Shown: positions 46,637-56,270 of the stretch, in pieces
Numbering within the stretch: the stretch's first letter is position 1
Layout: every line of letters begins with the position of its first letter
Origin: Treponema sp.
GTDB lineage: Bacteria; Spirochaetota; Spirochaetia; Treponematales; Treponemataceae
Direction of reading: 5' to 3'
Assembly: GCA_024690865.1 (NCBI GenBank)
Contig: JAILON010000012.1
Span: 5,478-69,477, forward strand
Length of the DNA stretch: 64,000 nucleotides
The notes under the pieces: model-generated
Seen by the model: only the letters and a program-made list of their open reading frames with translations
Told to the model about the DNA's origin: nothing
Databases searched by the model: none
Position numbers and translations under genes: made by a program

Positions 46637-48187
46637 TTACTTCAGCTCGTAGCTTTCTCCGTACCTGATTATCTCCACGTCCTTGTAGCCGTTCTGGGCA
46701 AGGTGTTCCTTGAAGAATGCCTGTGCGTCCTTTTCGCCGTGTATCAGGAAAATCTTCTTGAGCCGGCTGGTGTCTATGTTGTCCAGCCAGTCGGTCATTT
46801 CCTTGTAGTCCGCGTGGGCGGAGAATGCGTTTATCGTTTCCACCTGCGCTTTGACGTGGTAAATGTCGCCAAGGATGTTGACTTCCTTCTCGCCGTCGCG
46901 CAGCTTGCGGCCCAGGGTGTTTTCCGCCATGTAGCCGACGATGAGGATGATGTTGTTGGGGTTGGAGACGTTGTTGGCAAGGTGGTACAGGATGCGGCCC
47001 GCTTCGCACATGCCGTCCGCGCTGATGATGATCATCGGCCCTTTTTCCTTGTTCAGGGCTTTGGACTCGTCCACGCCGGTAATCGTCGTCAGCTGGGAGA
47101 AGCCGAAGGGGTTCTTGTGGTGGCGGATGAAGGCTTCCGTCGTCTCCTCGTCGTAGCATTCCGGGTGCAGTTGGAAGATGCCGGTCGCGTTGGCGGCCAT
47201 GGGGCTGTCCACGTAAATCGGAATCTTGGGAATTTTCTTCTGGTCGCCGAGCAGGTGGAGATAGTAGACCAGCTCCTGCGCCCGCTCGATGGCGAACGCG
47301 GGGATGATTATCTTGCCGTTCTGGTTCACGGCACGGTGGACAATCTGCGCGAGTTCGTCCAAGGCGATGCTCTGATTCTCGTGCAGGCGGTTTCCGTAGG
47401 TGCTTTCCAAGAAGATGTAGTCCGGTGCGGGGAAGTCCCGCGCCGGGTCTCGGACAATCGCCTTGCCAGGCCGTCCCAGGTCGCCCGTGAACAGGACGCG
47501 GATTTCGTCGGAGGGGGCGCCGCGCAGGGCCAGCTCCTTGTCCTTGTCCTTCTGTTCCTGCGCGCTGGCGACTGCGGGGAAGAGGCTGTGCCAGAGGCGG
47601 CGCATGGGGGTGTTGGTGCCGGACGTCATGCCGCTCAGGGGGTTCTTGCGCTGGCCGGTTATCGTCAGGTAGGCCATGGAGCTGCCGAGGATGTGCCCTG
47701 CATCGAAGAATTCCAGCTGGATGTCCGGTGCGATGTACATCTTGCGGTTGTAGGAGAGGGAGACTATCTGGTTTGCTGCCTTGACGCAGTCATCCTCGGT
47801 GAAGAGGGGCTTCCAGATGAACTTTTCGTGCTTTTTGAACGCCTGCTTGCGGAGGAATTCGGCATCGCGGGCCTGGATGCGCGCACTGTCCATCATGACG
47901 ATGTTCGCCAGGTCGCGGGTCGCCGGCGTCGCATAGATGTTGCCTCGGTAGCCGTTCTTGGTTAGGATGGGAAGCAGCCCGCAGTGGTCGTAGTGGGCAT
48001 GGGTCAGGATGACCGACTCTATCTTGTCGCTCGCAAACTCGAATTCGCGGTTCTTCTGGTCGCTCAGCTTGCGCTTGCCCTGGAAGGCACCGCAGTCTAT
48101 CATGAAGCTGCGGCCGTCAATCTCCAGTATGTGCTTGCTGCCGGTGACTTCCTCGGCGGCACCCAGTGAATAGCATGTTACGCCCAT
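46637..48187 (-). CDS. MBL-fold beta-CASP metallo-hydrolase (RNA-processing type)
   Basis: GAAEEVTGS, THAHYDHCG, AGHILGS, TGDLG, ESTYG and FSAHAD motifs. Confidence 0.93.
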   Translation of the reverse strand: MGVTCYSLGAAEEVTGSKHILEIDGRSFMIDCGAFQGKRKLSDQKNREFEFASDKIESVILTHAHYDHCGLLPILTKNGYRGNIYATPATRDLANIVMMDSARIQARDAEFLRKQAFKKHEKFIWKPLFTEDDCVKAANQIVSLSYNRKMYIAPDIQLEFFDAGHILGSSMAYLTITGQRKNPLSGMTSGTNTPMRRLWHSLFPAVASAQEQKDKDKELALRGAPSDEIRVLFTGDLGRPGKAIVRDPARDFPAPDYIFLESTYGNRLHENQSIALDELAQIVHRAVNQNGKIIIPAFAIERAQELVYYLHLLGDQKKIPKIPIYVDSPMAANATGIFQLHPECYDEETTEAFIRHHKNPFGFSQLTTITGVDESKALNKEKGPMIIISADGMCEAGRILYHLANNVSNPNNIILIVGYMAENTLGRKLRDGEKEVNILGDIYHVKAQVETINAFSAHADYKEMTDWLDNIDTSRLKKIFLIHGEKDAQAFFKEHLAQNGYKDVEIIRYGESYELK

Positions 48188-48345
48188 ATTTTTACCTCCT
48201 GATTTTCCCTGAAGAATGAAGATGCCGGAAAGCGCGCCCAAAGACTTCTGTTCCGTGCACCTTCCTTCCATTATAAGGCATAAAGGCAGGGAGCGCAAAT
48301 TTAAAATCACGGGCGGGCGAGGGAACGGCGGGCAGGGGGGCTGTC

Positions 48346-48762
48346 TTATCCCAGCTTCATCCCGCTGATGGTGACGAAGGCGACCTTGGTTCCCAGTTCG
48401 TCCGCCACGTCTATCCCGTACAGGCAGGTCGTCTGCCCGTCCTTTATCAGCCGGGATTCCGCGATGAGGCGGCTCCCCTTTGCCCTTCCGATGAAGTGTA
48501 TCTGGCTGGTGACGGAGACTGTCTGGGGCTGCCTGAAATTCGATGCGACGGCGAAGGTGTAGTCCGCCAGCGTGAAGGTTGCCCCGCCCATGACGCCTCC
48601 GTAGGCGTTCTTGTGGTCCCTCGTCAGCTCAAGCGAACATTTTGCGTAATGGTCGCCCACTTCCTCTATCTTGATTCCCGTGAGCTTCGTCGCGTAGTAG
48701 TCCTTGCCAAAGAATTCCCTGGCTTCTTCCAAATCTGTCATAGGTCCAGTATACCGCTTCAC
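48346..48762 (-). CDS. PaaI family thioesterase
   Basis: HKNAYGGVMGGATFTLAD motif. Confidence 0.9.
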   Translation of the reverse strand: MKRYTGPMTDLEEAREFFGKDYYATKLTGIKIEEVGDHYAKCSLELTRDHKNAYGGVMGGATFTLADYTFAVASNFRQPQTVSVTSQIHFIGRAKGSRLIAESRLIKDGQTTCLYGIDVADELGTKVAFVTISGMKLG

Positions 48763-48998
48763 TTCCGCTTGTGGAACAGGCCTGGTGCCAAAATGGCGCT
48801 GGCCCTATGGCCCTGGTCCTGCGACAACGGGTTGTGCCGCCTACCTATGACGTTAGGCTGCAGGACCCCGTGTGCGTGCCGTATCGTCTCCCGCGACGGC
48901 TCGCAAGTCTTGTCCCTCCGCATCCGCACGAAGTAGTCCGCCATTACACCGATCCCGTGGCACTAGCCAATAGTTGGCATACGGTATAGAATGGCCGT

Positions 48999-50192
48999 GT
49001 GAAGCGTAACAACCTTTTCTCCACGTTTACGAGGCGTATGACTGCCCCTGTCCGAAAGTCCCTGTCCCTTGCCATCCGCATTGCCGGATGCGCGGTCTTG
49101 GGGGCCTGCATCGTCGTTTCCCTCTATCTTGCGCTTGCCGTTGCGCGGGTTACTCCGCGTCTGGCCGTCCTTTTTTCTTCGGCGGCGACCGGCGGTTTTT
49201 CCTTTGCGCTCGCCATAGTTTCTCTTCCCCTGCTGCGGAAGCTTATCCGCGCGGATGAACGGGAGCTTCAGAGGCAGATTCGGGAGCAGGAAGCGGAGCT
49301 GGACAGGCTGCGCAGGGAAAAGGAAGGTTTTGAAGAAAGGGAGGTGGACTTCCAGCGGCGCATTGCCCTGTTGGAAAACTTGACTTTAAATATGGAGACC
49401 TACCGCGACGTGTTCAAGGTTTGTTTCCGCGACTACCGGCAGGAGGCAACTATAAAGCAGCGCGAAAGCTTCAACGAGGAGGAGGAGGACTCCGGGTGGA
49501 ACAAAATGCTGGGCCGGAAGGGAAAGAGCTATGACGAAATTCTTTCCATAATGGACTGCACGGTGAGCTACCAGCGGGGCGTTGACCTGCAGAAGGTAAA
49601 GATAGCGAAGGTGAACAACAATACCGTCGTGGTTTCCGGCCTTTCGGGTGAATATCTGACCATGCCCCGCTTTGACTATAGGGACTTTTTTAGCGAGATC
49701 CGCCACGTCCGCCTGGATAAGAATGGGGACATCAGGCGAATCAGCGTGGAGGACGGCGAATACTATGGAAAGGAGCTTCGCAGGAGGCAGGGGGAGTACA
49801 AGGCTCAGTTCGAGGATTCCTTCCTAAATGGGAAGGACAGCGATGACAGCGAGGAGATAACCAAGCGGGCGGAAGACTTTATACGGATAATCCTCCAGCC
49901 CATCTATGCCCACGTGGAATTCGACAACAGCATTCCCGTGTCCGAATCCCAGCCCCTGCTGGATTTCCTGCGGGGTGAGATGGGCCTGTACAGGGCGCTG
50001 CAGGAACGGCAGTCTGCCAAAGCGGAGCCGCAGGTCCTGTTGGAAAAGCCCCGGGACCAACTGGAGCCGCAGGTCCAACTGGAGCCGCTGGTCCAACAGG
50101 AGCAGCAGGCCCCGTCTGCCTTTGGGGTGGACCAGGATGGCGGTGCTGGGGCAGCCGGACAGGCTGCTTCCGTCGATGGAAACGGCCTCTAA
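48999..50192 (+). CDS. membrane protein with coiled coil and a possible DUF4230-like domain
   Basis: Two TM helices, coiled coil, YQRGVDL..VKI; 18-bp repeats near the C-terminus. Confidence 0.7.
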   Translation: MKRNNLFSTFTRRMTAPVRKSLSLAIRIAGCAVLGACIVVSLYLALAVARVTPRLAVLFSSAATGGFSFALAIVSLPLLRKLIRADERELQRQIREQEAELDRLRREKEGFEEREVDFQRRIALLENLTLNMETYRDVFKVCFRDYRQEATIKQRESFNEEEEDSGWNKMLGRKGKSYDEILSIMDCTVSYQRGVDLQKVKIAKVNNNTVVVSGLSGEYLTMPRFDYRDFFSEIRHVRLDKNGDIRRISVEDGEYYGKELRRRQGEYKAQFEDSFLNGKDSDDSEEITKRAEDFIRIILQPIYAHVEFDNSIPVSESQPLLDFLRGEMGLYRALQERQSAKAEPQVLLEKPRDQLEPQVQLEPLVQQEQQAPSAFGVDQDGGAGAAGQAASVDGNGL

Positions 50193-50238
50193 ACGTCACT
50201 GTTTCCGTAAAACCCGGCTCATATTCGTTGACATATTA

Positions 50239-50267
50239 TTGACAGAAAAGGTCGATTGGACTATAAT
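50239..50267 (+). promoter_or_regulatory. consensus sigma70 promoter of the tRNA gene
   Basis: TTGACA-17-TATAAT. Confidence 0.9.
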
Positions 50268-50282
50268 GATTCCATTCATTAA

Positions 50283-50354
50283 GCTCGATTAACTCAGTGG
50301 TAGAGTGCTACCTTCACACGGTAGAAGTCACTGGTCCGAATCCAGTATCGAGCA
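50283..50354 (+). tRNA. tRNA-Val(CAC)
   Basis: Acceptor GCTCGAT/ATCGAGC-A, D arm ACTC/GAGT, anticodon arm CTACC-TTCACAC-GGTAG, T arm ACTGG-TCCGAAT-CCAGT. CCA is not encoded. Confidence 0.93.
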
Positions 50355-50612
50355 TTTAAAAGCTTTCTACGTTCCTGTTTTTTTAATCTATTCAATCTAT
50401 AGCTTTTTTCCTTAATTCGTGCCGAAGATCTAATACTCCGATGTTTTGTATTGGGAGTGGTGATTGCATGCTTTGTCTTCGGGAAGCTCGGAGGTACTCC
50501 TGTCCGGTGGCCTCCGGCGTGCCCGGCTTCTAGCTGTGTTGTATCCTCCTGTCCGGTGGCCTCCCCTGCTTTCCGCGATGCGTTGGGCAGGGGCGTTCCG
50601 TTCTGTTTGGGG

Positions 50613-51932
50613 TTACAGGCAGCTGCCGTTACTTTCTATGACCTTCCGGTACCAGTAGGCCGAATCCTTCGGAATGCGCCTCTGCGTCTGGTAGTCGCAG
50701 AAGACCATGCCGAACCGGGGATTGTAGCCGGAGGCCCATTCAAAGTTGTCCATGAAGGACCACTGGAAGTACCCGGCAATGTCGCAACCTTCGTCCGCTG
50801 CCTCGCGCAGGGCCAGCAGGTAGCGGTGCAGGAAGTCCTCCCGGTTGGGGTCGTGCACTTTGCCATCCAGGCTTACCCAGTCGTGGCATGACAGGCCGTT
50901 TTCCGTGATGAAGATGGGCAGTCCGTAGCGCCTGCTGAAGTGCTTTACGGCCCACTTGAGCGCGTCCGGCTTGACGTCCCATCCCAGCTCGTTGTGCGCC
51001 ATGCCGTCGGGACGCTTCCAGTCCCCGACGTAGCGTCCCTGGTAGATGTTCAAGCCCAGGAAGTCCAGTTTCTGGCCAATCAGCTGCATGTCCTCCGTAG
51101 TGAAGGTGGGGAAGATGTCTTCGCATTCCTGGAGGAGCTTTTGGGGATAGGTCCCCAAAAAGATGGGGTCGCACCAGAACGCGGCCGCCCAGATGAAATT
51201 GTCCCTCCCCGAGTCGAACTCCGACTGGTAAGCTTTCTCTTCGTCCCCTGCCGTGGCGGGGATGGCGGGCATGTCGGCCACGGTGACGCCGATCCTGGCT
51301 CCTGGGACTAGCTCGCGCAGGACGCGGACGGCCCTTCCGTGCGCCCTGTGGATGTTGTGCCCCGCATGCAGCAGGTCTCGTTTGCCCAGCTTTACGCCGG
51401 GGGCGTGGGTCCCTTCCATCAGGCCGCAGCCGGTGAATACGGAAGGTTCGTTGAAGGTGATGAAGTCCTTTACCCTATCGCCAAGGCAGCGGGCCACGGC
51501 CTGGGTGTAGTCTTGGAACCATGCGGCGCTGTCGGGATTCAGCCAGCCTCCGCGCAGGTAGGCGGAGTAGGGCAGGTCCCAGTGGTACAGCGTCACGAAG
51601 GGTGTTATGCCGTGTCCAAGCAGTTCGTCAACCAGGCGGCTGTAGAAGTCCAGGCCCTTCTGGTTGCTCTTGCCGTCCTTGCCAAGCACCCGCGGCCACG
51701 CCACGGAAAAGCGGTAGGCCTTGAGCCCCAGGTCCGCCATCAGGCGGACGTCTTCCTTGTAGCGATGGTAGTGGTCGCAGGCGGTGTCCCCGTCCAACCC
51801 GTCGGCGATGTGTCCGCCCTCATGGCAGAACACGTCCCAAATGCCGGGAACCTTACCGTCCTCGTTCCAGGCACCCTCAATCTGGAAGGCGGCGGTTGCG
51901 GCCCCCCATACGAAATTGTCTTTAAAGCCCAT
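50613..51932 (-). CDS. GH1 beta-glucosidase
   Basis: FVWGAATAAFQIEG, TFNEP, ITENG and DNFEW motifs. Confidence 0.95.
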   Translation of the reverse strand: MGFKDNFVWGAATAAFQIEGAWNEDGKVPGIWDVFCHEGGHIADGLDGDTACDHYHRYKEDVRLMADLGLKAYRFSVAWPRVLGKDGKSNQKGLDFYSRLVDELLGHGITPFVTLYHWDLPYSAYLRGGWLNPDSAAWFQDYTQAVARCLGDRVKDFITFNEPSVFTGCGLMEGTHAPGVKLGKRDLLHAGHNIHRAHGRAVRVLRELVPGARIGVTVADMPAIPATAGDEEKAYQSEFDSGRDNFIWAAAFWCDPIFLGTYPQKLLQECEDIFPTFTTEDMQLIGQKLDFLGLNIYQGRYVGDWKRPDGMAHNELGWDVKPDALKWAVKHFSRRYGLPIFITENGLSCHDWVSLDGKVHDPNREDFLHRYLLALREAADEGCDIAGYFQWSFMDNFEWASGYNPRFGMVFCDYQTQRRIPKDSAYWYRKVIESNGSCL

Positions 51933-52001
51933 GGGACTATGCTAGCATATATCCGTGCGAATGGATAGGGTTGGGGGAAACGTTCTTCCGCGGAATATTT
52001 C

Positions 52002-52052
52002 CCTATTGATTAAGTATGTAATGTATGCTATATTTGCTAGTAAATGAATAGG
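52002..52052 (+). promoter_or_regulatory. promoter with two putative Rrf2 operator palindromes
   Basis: TTGATT-17-TATATT; CCTAT-N7-GTATG and GCTAG-N7-ATAGG. Confidence 0.55.
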
Positions 52053-52075
52053 TTTTATACAAGAGGGGGAGCGCG

Positions 52076-52501
52076 ATGTATAAAATTTCGACGCGCGGAC
52101 AGTATGCTCTTTTGATTATGGAGGACCTTGCGGAATCCGGCAAGGACGGCTTCGTGCCCCTGCGCATAATCTCCCACAGGAGGAACCTTTCCGTAAAGTA
52201 CCTTGAGCAGATCCTTTCCAAGTTGGTGGAAAAGAACCTGGTGACGGGAAACCGGGGGGTAAACGGAGGCTACCGCCTTACAAAGGATCCCGATGCCTAT
52301 ACGGTGGGGGAGATCCTGCGTACGATGGAAGGGGACCTTGCGCCACGGAACGTGAACGAAGGAAATACCGTCGAGTCCGCCGGGAGCAGGTGCTTCTGGG
52401 CCGACTTTGAAAAGACGGTGAACGACTTCGTGGATTCGGTCACCCTTGAGAGTTTGGTTGTGAAGGATCGGGATTTCGTCGGCTTTGAATACTGCATTTA
52501 G
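52076..52501 (+). CDS. Rrf2 family regulator (CymR-like)
   Basis: ISTRGQYAL, KYLEQIL and RGVNGGY; no three-Cys Fe-S motif; ends FEYCI. Confidence 0.9.
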   Translation: MYKISTRGQYALLIMEDLAESGKDGFVPLRIISHRRNLSVKYLEQILSKLVEKNLVTGNRGVNGGYRLTKDPDAYTVGEILRTMEGDLAPRNVNEGNTVESAGSRCFWADFEKTVNDFVDSVTLESLVVKDRDFVGFEYCI

Positions 52502-52520
52502 GAATGCGGGGAGGAAAAAT

Positions 52521-53708
52521 ATGTCGCTTTCACTGGAAACGAAATGCATACACTTGGAGGACGGGGCCGGTTCCGTCGGAGAAGGGGCCGCTGGGGACGG
52601 GCAGGGGCGGGCCCTCTGCGGCCATTATGGTTCCGTCAGTTTTCCGATTTACCAGACCGCGACCTATGCCCACCCTGCCGTTGGGCAGAGCACGGGATTT
52701 GACTACAGCCGTCTGCAGAACCCGACCCGCGAGCAGCTGGAGAAGGTCGTGGCCCAGCTGGAGGGAGGGATAGATGCCTTTGCCCTCAGTTCCGGCATGG
52801 CGGCCATAACGCTCCTGATGGAGCTTTTTTCTCCCGGTGACCATATCATTGCGGACTCGGACCTGTACGGGGGGACGATACGGCTTTTTGACAACGTTTC
52901 GGCGAAGAACGGAATCGAGTTTACCCGCATAGATTGCGCTACGGACAATCTGGAAGGTTACGTTGCGAATAATACCAAGGCCATCTATATAGAAACCCCG
53001 ACCAATCCCATGATGCATGTGTCCGACATTGCGAAAATAGCGGGGATTGCAAAGCGGCACGGGTTGCTCCTGATTGTGGACAATACGTTCATGTCGCCCT
53101 ATTTCCAGAATCCCATTGCCCTGGGGGCCGATATCGTAATACACAGCGGTACGAAATATCTTGCGGGGCACAACGACACCATCGCGGGGTTCATTGTCAC
53201 TGGCCGGGCCGACATCCAGGCCCGCTTGCGCTTCCTCATTAAGACGACTGGCGCGGGCCTTTCACCGTTCGACAGCTGGCTTACCCTGCGGGGTATAAAG
53301 ACCCTTGCCGTACGGATGGAACGGGCCGAGGCCAATGCGAAGAAGGTTGCCGAATGGCTCAAGACCCAGAAGTCCGTCGTACATGTGATATATCCGGGCC
53401 TTCCCGAACATCCTGGCCACAGGGTGCAGAAGAAGCAGGCCCGCGGCTTCGGTGCCATGCTGACCTTCCAGACCGACACTGCCGAACGGGCCCTTTCCGC
53501 CTTGAGCAGGATGCGGCTCATTCGCTTTGCGGAAAGTTTGGGTGGTGTGGAAAGCCTCGTCACCTATCCGGTGACCCAGACCCATGCCGACGTGCCGGAG
53601 GAAATCCGCCTCAAGAACGGGATAACGGACGCAACGCTGAGACTTTCCGTCGGCATTGAAAATGTTGATGATCTCATAGCGGACTTGAGCCAGGCGCTCG
53701 GGCAATGA
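52521..53708 (+). CDS. cystathionine gamma-synthase family PLP enzyme (MetB/MetI-like)
   Basis: YSRLQNPTR, SSGMAAI, ETPTNP, HSGTKY, ESLGG and RLSVGIE motifs. Confidence 0.92.
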   Translation: MSLSLETKCIHLEDGAGSVGEGAAGDGQGRALCGHYGSVSFPIYQTATYAHPAVGQSTGFDYSRLQNPTREQLEKVVAQLEGGIDAFALSSGMAAITLLMELFSPGDHIIADSDLYGGTIRLFDNVSAKNGIEFTRIDCATDNLEGYVANNTKAIYIETPTNPMMHVSDIAKIAGIAKRHGLLLIVDNTFMSPYFQNPIALGADIVIHSGTKYLAGHNDTIAGFIVTGRADIQARLRFLIKTTGAGLSPFDSWLTLRGIKTLAVRMERAEANAKKVAEWLKTQKSVVHVIYPGLPEHPGHRVQKKQARGFGAMLTFQTDTAERALSALSRMRLIRFAESLGGVESLVTYPVTQTHADVPEEIRLKNGITDATLRLSVGIENVDDLIADLSQALGQ

Positions 53709-53757
53709 AGCTGCCTGCTTCAAGTGTCTTTTGCGAATTGCTGCCACGGAGTATGAT

Positions 53758-54930
53758 ATGAGTTTTTGCTTTGATACAGTGACCGACAGGACGGGGTCGT
53801 TTGCGATAAAGTATGACCTTGCCGAAAAGAGGGGGAAACCAAAGGACGCGGTAAGCCTCTGGGTGGCTGACATGGACTTTCCCACGGCCCCCTGTGTGCA
53901 GAAGGCTCTTGCCGACCGGGCTGCCCACGGGATATTCGGCTACAGCCGTCCGGACGGTCGCTATTACAGTGTGGTGAAGAAATGGTTCCAGGAGCGGCAC
54001 GGCTATTCCGTCCATGATGAGTGGATTGTAAATACTCCGGGGGTCGTGTTCGCAATAGCTGCGGCGATACGGGCGTTTACGCAGGAAGGGGAGGGGGTTC
54101 TCATACAGAAGCCGGTGTATTATCCCTTCTTCAATACCATAAATGCATTGAACCGTCGTGTCGTGAACAGTCCCCTTGTCCTGAAGGACGGGCGGTACGA
54201 GCTGGACTTCACGGACTTTGAAAACAAGATAGTAGCGGAAGGCGTCAAGCTCTTTGTGCTGTGTTCGCCTCACAATCCCGGCGGTAGGGTGTGGACTCGG
54301 GAGGAGCTTTTGCGGATGAGCGAAATATGCCTTGCCCACGGCGTTCTCGTCGTTTCCGATGAGATCCATTCGGACATCACCTTTGGGAATAACCGGCATA
54401 CGGTATATGCGACGCTTTCCGAGGAGGCGGCCCTTTCTTCCATAATATGTACTTCGCCCAGCAAGACCTTCAACCTTGCGGGACTTCAGTTTTCCAACAT
54501 ATTCATCCAAAATCCAAAGTTGCGCGATGCCTTCCAGTTTGAAGTGGACCGGACGGGCTACGACGAGCCAAGTCTGATGGGAATTGTCGCAGCTACGAGC
54601 GCCTACGGAGAGGGTGGGGAATGGTTCGATGCCGTAAAGGAATACATCTGGCAGAATGTCCTGTTCACGGAAAGCTTCGTGCGGGAGCACTGCCCCCGGA
54701 TACAGGTGATGCGTCCGGAAGGAAGCTATCTTGTGTGGCTGGATTTTTCACAGTATACGGAACTGTCGGATAATGAGATTTCCCGACGCATACTGAACAA
54801 GGCGAAGGTCTGGCTGGATTACGGCAGGATGTTCGGGAACGAAGGGGAAAAGTTCCAGCGCATAAACGTTGCGACTCCCCGCAGCATACTGGAGGAGGCA
54901 CTGGGACGGATCTGCAGGGAATTCGACTGA
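53758..54930 (+). CDS. MalY/PatB family cystathionine beta-lyase
   Basis: WVADMDF, CSPHNP, SDEIH and SPSKTFNLAG motifs. Confidence 0.93.
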   Translation: MSFCFDTVTDRTGSFAIKYDLAEKRGKPKDAVSLWVADMDFPTAPCVQKALADRAAHGIFGYSRPDGRYYSVVKKWFQERHGYSVHDEWIVNTPGVVFAIAAAIRAFTQEGEGVLIQKPVYYPFFNTINALNRRVVNSPLVLKDGRYELDFTDFENKIVAEGVKLFVLCSPHNPGGRVWTREELLRMSEICLAHGVLVVSDEIHSDITFGNNRHTVYATLSEEAALSSIICTSPSKTFNLAGLQFSNIFIQNPKLRDAFQFEVDRTGYDEPSLMGIVAATSAYGEGGEWFDAVKEYIWQNVLFTESFVREHCPRIQVMRPEGSYLVWLDFSQYTELSDNEISRRILNKAKVWLDYGRMFGNEGEKFQRINVATPRSILEEALGRICREFD

Positions 54931-55063
54931 GCCGGATGTAAAAACGAAAATGGCTCTGGCGAAGGGGCTGCATGGCATCGGGCCGGCTGTGATGTCTGCT
55001 GGGCTGGAACCGCCGGCCGACCCCGGCTGGGGGCCTAGAGGCGTCCGGCCATGGCGGTGTTTC

Positions 55064-56047
55064 CTATCCGTCTATCTTGTAGTATTTTTTGTAGGCCGCC
55101 CAGGTGGAACCGATGAGGGTGTCTACGTCGGAATACTGGGGCTGCCAGCCCAGGACCTTGCGTGCCAGCTCTGACGAGGCCGTGAGCTGGGCGGGGTCGC
55201 CTGCCCTGCGGCCGACGTATTCCGCCATGATGTCCCTGCCGGTGATGCGGCGGGTCGCCTCCAGCATTTCGGTCACGGTGATTCCCGTGCCGGTCCCAAG
55301 GTTCAGCGTAAGGCTTTCCTTCTTGTTCACGATGTGCTCCAGCGCAAGGACATGGGCAGTCGCCAGGTCGGAGACGTGGATGTAGTCGCGGATGCAGGTG
55401 CCGTCGCGGGTGGCATAGTCGTTCCCGAAGATGTCGACCTTTTTCCTAGTTCCCACCGCGACTTCCATCAATACGGGGAGCAGGTTGGCGGGGTTGCGCT
55501 CCAGGCCGTACAGGACGCCCTCTGGATCGTAGCCCGCCGCATTGAAGTAGCGCAGGGCGGCGTAGTGCAGGCCCTTGAGCTTGTCGTACCAGCCCATGAA
55601 CTCTTCAATCTTGAGCTTGGTGAAGCCGTAGTAGTTCTCTGGGTTCTTGGGGTGCTGTTCGTCCAGCGGCTGGTACTGCGGTTCCCCGAATACCGCCGCG
55701 CTGGAGGAGAACACCATGTTCAGGCAGCCGTGGGCAACTGCCGAGTTCAGGATGTTCACCGTTCCATTTATGTTGTTTATGGAATACTTTTCGGGTTTTA
55801 TCATGGATTCACCGGCCGCCTTGAAGGCTGCAAGGTGGATGAAGGCGTCGAATCCCCGCTCGAAGGCCGCGTCCAGTTCTTCCGGGTGCAGGATGCTTCC
55901 CGCGATGAATTCGTTTTCAGGGAAGAGGTTCTGGACCAGTCCGCTCGACAGGTTGTCAAAGACCGTCACCTTGTGGCCTTTCGCCATGAGTTCCTTCACG
56001 ACGTGGCTTCCGATATATCCCGCTCCACCTATAACCAAAACTTTCAT
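55064..56047 (-). CDS. galE: UDP-glucose 4-epimerase
   Basis: GGAGYIGSH, FSSSAA, YGFTK, LRYFNAAG and DGTCIRDYIHV motifs. Confidence 0.95.
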   Translation of the reverse strand: MKVLVIGGAGYIGSHVVKELMAKGHKVTVFDNLSSGLVQNLFPENEFIAGSILHPEELDAAFERGFDAFIHLAAFKAAGESMIKPEKYSINNINGTVNILNSAVAHGCLNMVFSSSAAVFGEPQYQPLDEQHPKNPENYYGFTKLKIEEFMGWYDKLKGLHYAALRYFNAAGYDPEGVLYGLERNPANLLPVLMEVAVGTRKKVDIFGNDYATRDGTCIRDYIHVSDLATAHVLALEHIVNKKESLTLNLGTGTGITVTEMLEATRRITGRDIMAEYVGRRAGDPAQLTASSELARKVLGWQPQYSDVDTLIGSTWAAYKKYYKIDG

Positions 56048-56270
56048 ACGCTTGACCTTCCTCCGGTTTCCGTTTGTGCAGGTCTGCTTCAAAAGCCCAT
56101 GGCCTTGTGAAGCAGTCTCTTGCGGCCGGCTTCCCGCCGGTACCATCATGTGCCAATGATATATAGTAAAAAGGCCGCTGTCAACGTACAAAAATCCCTG
56201 CTCCTACCACTTCCATTTTCGTTGTCAAATGTACTATAATGGAAGAAATCAGTTTGAAATGAGTTGAGAT

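Noticed and set aside
44391-47965. Long plus-strand ORFs (670 aa and 530 aa)
   Set aside because: Antisense shadows of the SpoIIE and beta-CASP genes.
48759-48944. 61-aa ORF coupled to the PaaI gene
   Set aside because: No recognisable motif or RBS; it may be a gene remnant but I cannot support it.
50497-50567. Direct repeat CTCCTGTCCGGTGGCCTCC downstream of the tRNA as an att site
   Set aside because: It does not duplicate the tRNA 3' end and no integrase is nearby.
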